From a virus, in the IMG/VR virus record IMGVR_UViG_3300036820_000003, positions 32,001 to 96,000 of that record: a stretch of DNA of 64,000 nucleotides. One strand, given 5' to 3'. The notes below the pieces were generated by a model. That model saw only the letters and a list, made by a program, of their open reading frames with translations, did no database searches and was not told the origin of the DNA. Shown one piece after another: positions 62,958 through 64,000 of this stretch; position 1 is the stretch's first letter; every line of letters starts with the position of its first letter. The position numbers and the translations under genes are program-made.

Positions 62958-63378
62958 TCTGTGGGATCCTAATCCGGTGGAGGCGCTGCACGTCCACGGG
63001 ATGATGATGCAGAACTTCCCCGGGGAGGCGCTCGACTGGGTGCTGCGGACTCGCTGGATCGGCCCGATGGCCGTCCCGTGGGAGCGGATCGATCGAGATG
63101 ATCAGGAAAAGTGGGCGGCGTCGCATCAGCCGGGGAAAGTGGCGTCGTTTCGAAAGATGATCGCGAACGGGGAGGGCGTTCATCCCTGCGTGCTGGTGCA
63201 GCCTCCCGATTCGGATCGGGCTGTCATCGTCGACGGTCATCATCGCGCGATGGCTTGGGCTCAATGTGGAAAGCCGGTGCGAGGTTACGTCGGATTTGTG
63301 CGTCGGGGAGATGTTCAGGCCGCGTTGGAGACTCACTCGTCGCAAATGCACTCAGGGTCGAGTCCTAGCAATCGCTAA
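62932..63378 (+). CDS. ParB/Srx-like domain protein
   Basis: P.VLV.......VIVDGHHRA.A. Confidence 0.75.
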   Translation: MLSEKAARDLWDPNPVEALHVHGMMMQNFPGEALDWVLRTRWIGPMAVPWERIDRDDQEKWAASHQPGKVASFRKMIANGEGVHPCVLVQPPDSDRAVIVDGHHRAMAWAQCGKPVRGYVGFVRRGDVQAALETHSSQMHSGSSPSNR

Positions 63379-63407
63379 TTGACAATGCGAGATACTCGTG
63401 CTAGGAT
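63379..63407 (+). promoter_or_regulatory. Sigma-A-type promoter, leaderless
   Basis: TTGACA-N17-TAGGAT, 6 nt before ATG 63414. Confidence 0.8.
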
Positions 63408-63413
63408 CGTCAC

Positions 63414-63797
63414 ATGGCGAAAAAGATGAGTGTCGAACTGATCGACGACATTGACGGATCCGAGGCGTGCGAGAGCATTCGATTCTCGATTGACGGCGGC
63501 GTCTATGAAATCGATCTGAATGCCGTGCACGCGAGTGAAATGCGCGCGGCCTTCGAGGAATATGTCAAGGCCGGGCGCAGAGGATCGGCTATCCGGGCTG
63601 CGGCTCCCATCTCGACGGGGGATCGCGGAGGATCGCGTCGTCGGGCGGCTGATCCGCACAACGCGGTGGTGCGCGCGTGGGCGGCCGAGAAGGGACTGGC
63701 GTGCAACACGCACGGCAGGATTCCCGAGCACATTCTAGTTCTATTCAATAACATGAACAAGGATAGAGATAGGGATACGGAACATGGCGAACAGTGA
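63414..63797 (+). CDS. lsr2: Lsr2 nucleoid-associated protein
   Basis: MAKK..VELIDDIDG...F.IDG..YEIDL...VRAWA..KG....HGRIP. Confidence 0.95.
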   Translation: MAKKMSVELIDDIDGSEACESIRFSIDGGVYEIDLNAVHASEMRAAFEEYVKAGRRGSAIRAAAPISTGDRGGSRRRAADPHNAVVRAWAAEKGLACNTHGRIPEHILVLFNNMNKDRDRDTEHGEQ

Positions 63798-64000
63798 CAT
63801 CTACGAGGCGAACTCGGGACTTATCTCAGTCGCCTCCACGGGCGGGACTGTCCCCGTCATGTACGTGCAGGCCCCTGCTACGAAGCGAACCTGGATCGTC
63901 GGGGTTCGGGTCGGAATCGGCGTGACGGCGGCTGCGGCGGGGAACTCGATCCTTTTCGCGATGGCGCGCTCGACGGTGGGCACGGCGGGAGGGACCTACG
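63784..64000 (+). CDS. Hypothetical protein, probably structural (3' truncated)
   Basis: ATG 63784; open to the window end. Confidence 0.6.
   Translation, partial: MANSDIYEANSGLISVASTGGTVPVMYVQAPATKRTWIVGVRVGIGVTAAAAGNSILFAMARSTVGTAGGTY

Noticed and set aside
1-64000. Integrase, attachment site, CRISPR array, rRNA, IS element
   Set aside because: No supporting motifs or repeat-spacer structure seen in this window

Overview
The window is a 64-kb piece of a large, high-GC tailed phage genome whose host is probably an actinomycete (Lsr2, leaderless sigma-A/HrdB-type promoters, FxsB-type radical SAM enzyme, DUF1707/DUF1360/DUF3631-like genes). No integrase, CRISPR array or rRNA was seen. Layout: (i) 1-1.9 kb, two rightward genes; (ii) 1.9-30.8 kb, a leftward run of about 75 mostly tiny genes with several paralog families, GC-rich intergenic hairpins, a flavoprotein and a frameshifted HNH-AP2 endonuclease; (iii) 30.8-32.4 kb, a lower-GC non-coding stretch with a CTAG-rich palindrome (candidate terminus or origin); (iv) 32.4-45.4 kb, leftward accessory genes (Pth2, beta-helix protein plus processive GT2, vWA protein, metallophosphoesterase, and a radical SAM enzyme with an unannotated overlapping three-core FxSxx precursor peptide); (v) 45.6-64 kb, rightward tRNAs (fMet, Tyr, Gly), cell-wall enzymes, a seven-gene DNA hypermodification cluster (ParB, amino acid:DNA transferase, amidoligase, LMW phosphatase, FAD oxidoreductase, P-loop kinase, TET/JBP dioxygenase with AT-hooks), terminase, an intein-containing portal-MuF-NUDIX fusion, and Lsr2. 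The two strongest candidates for undescribed biology are the hypermodification pathway, which may make a new thymine derivative, and the phage-encoded multi-core cyclophane RiPP. Three recurrent DNA motifs point to a dedicated regulatory network. All family assignments come from motif recognition by eye; no database searches were run, and many starts were re-chosen from RBS position and gene overlaps.
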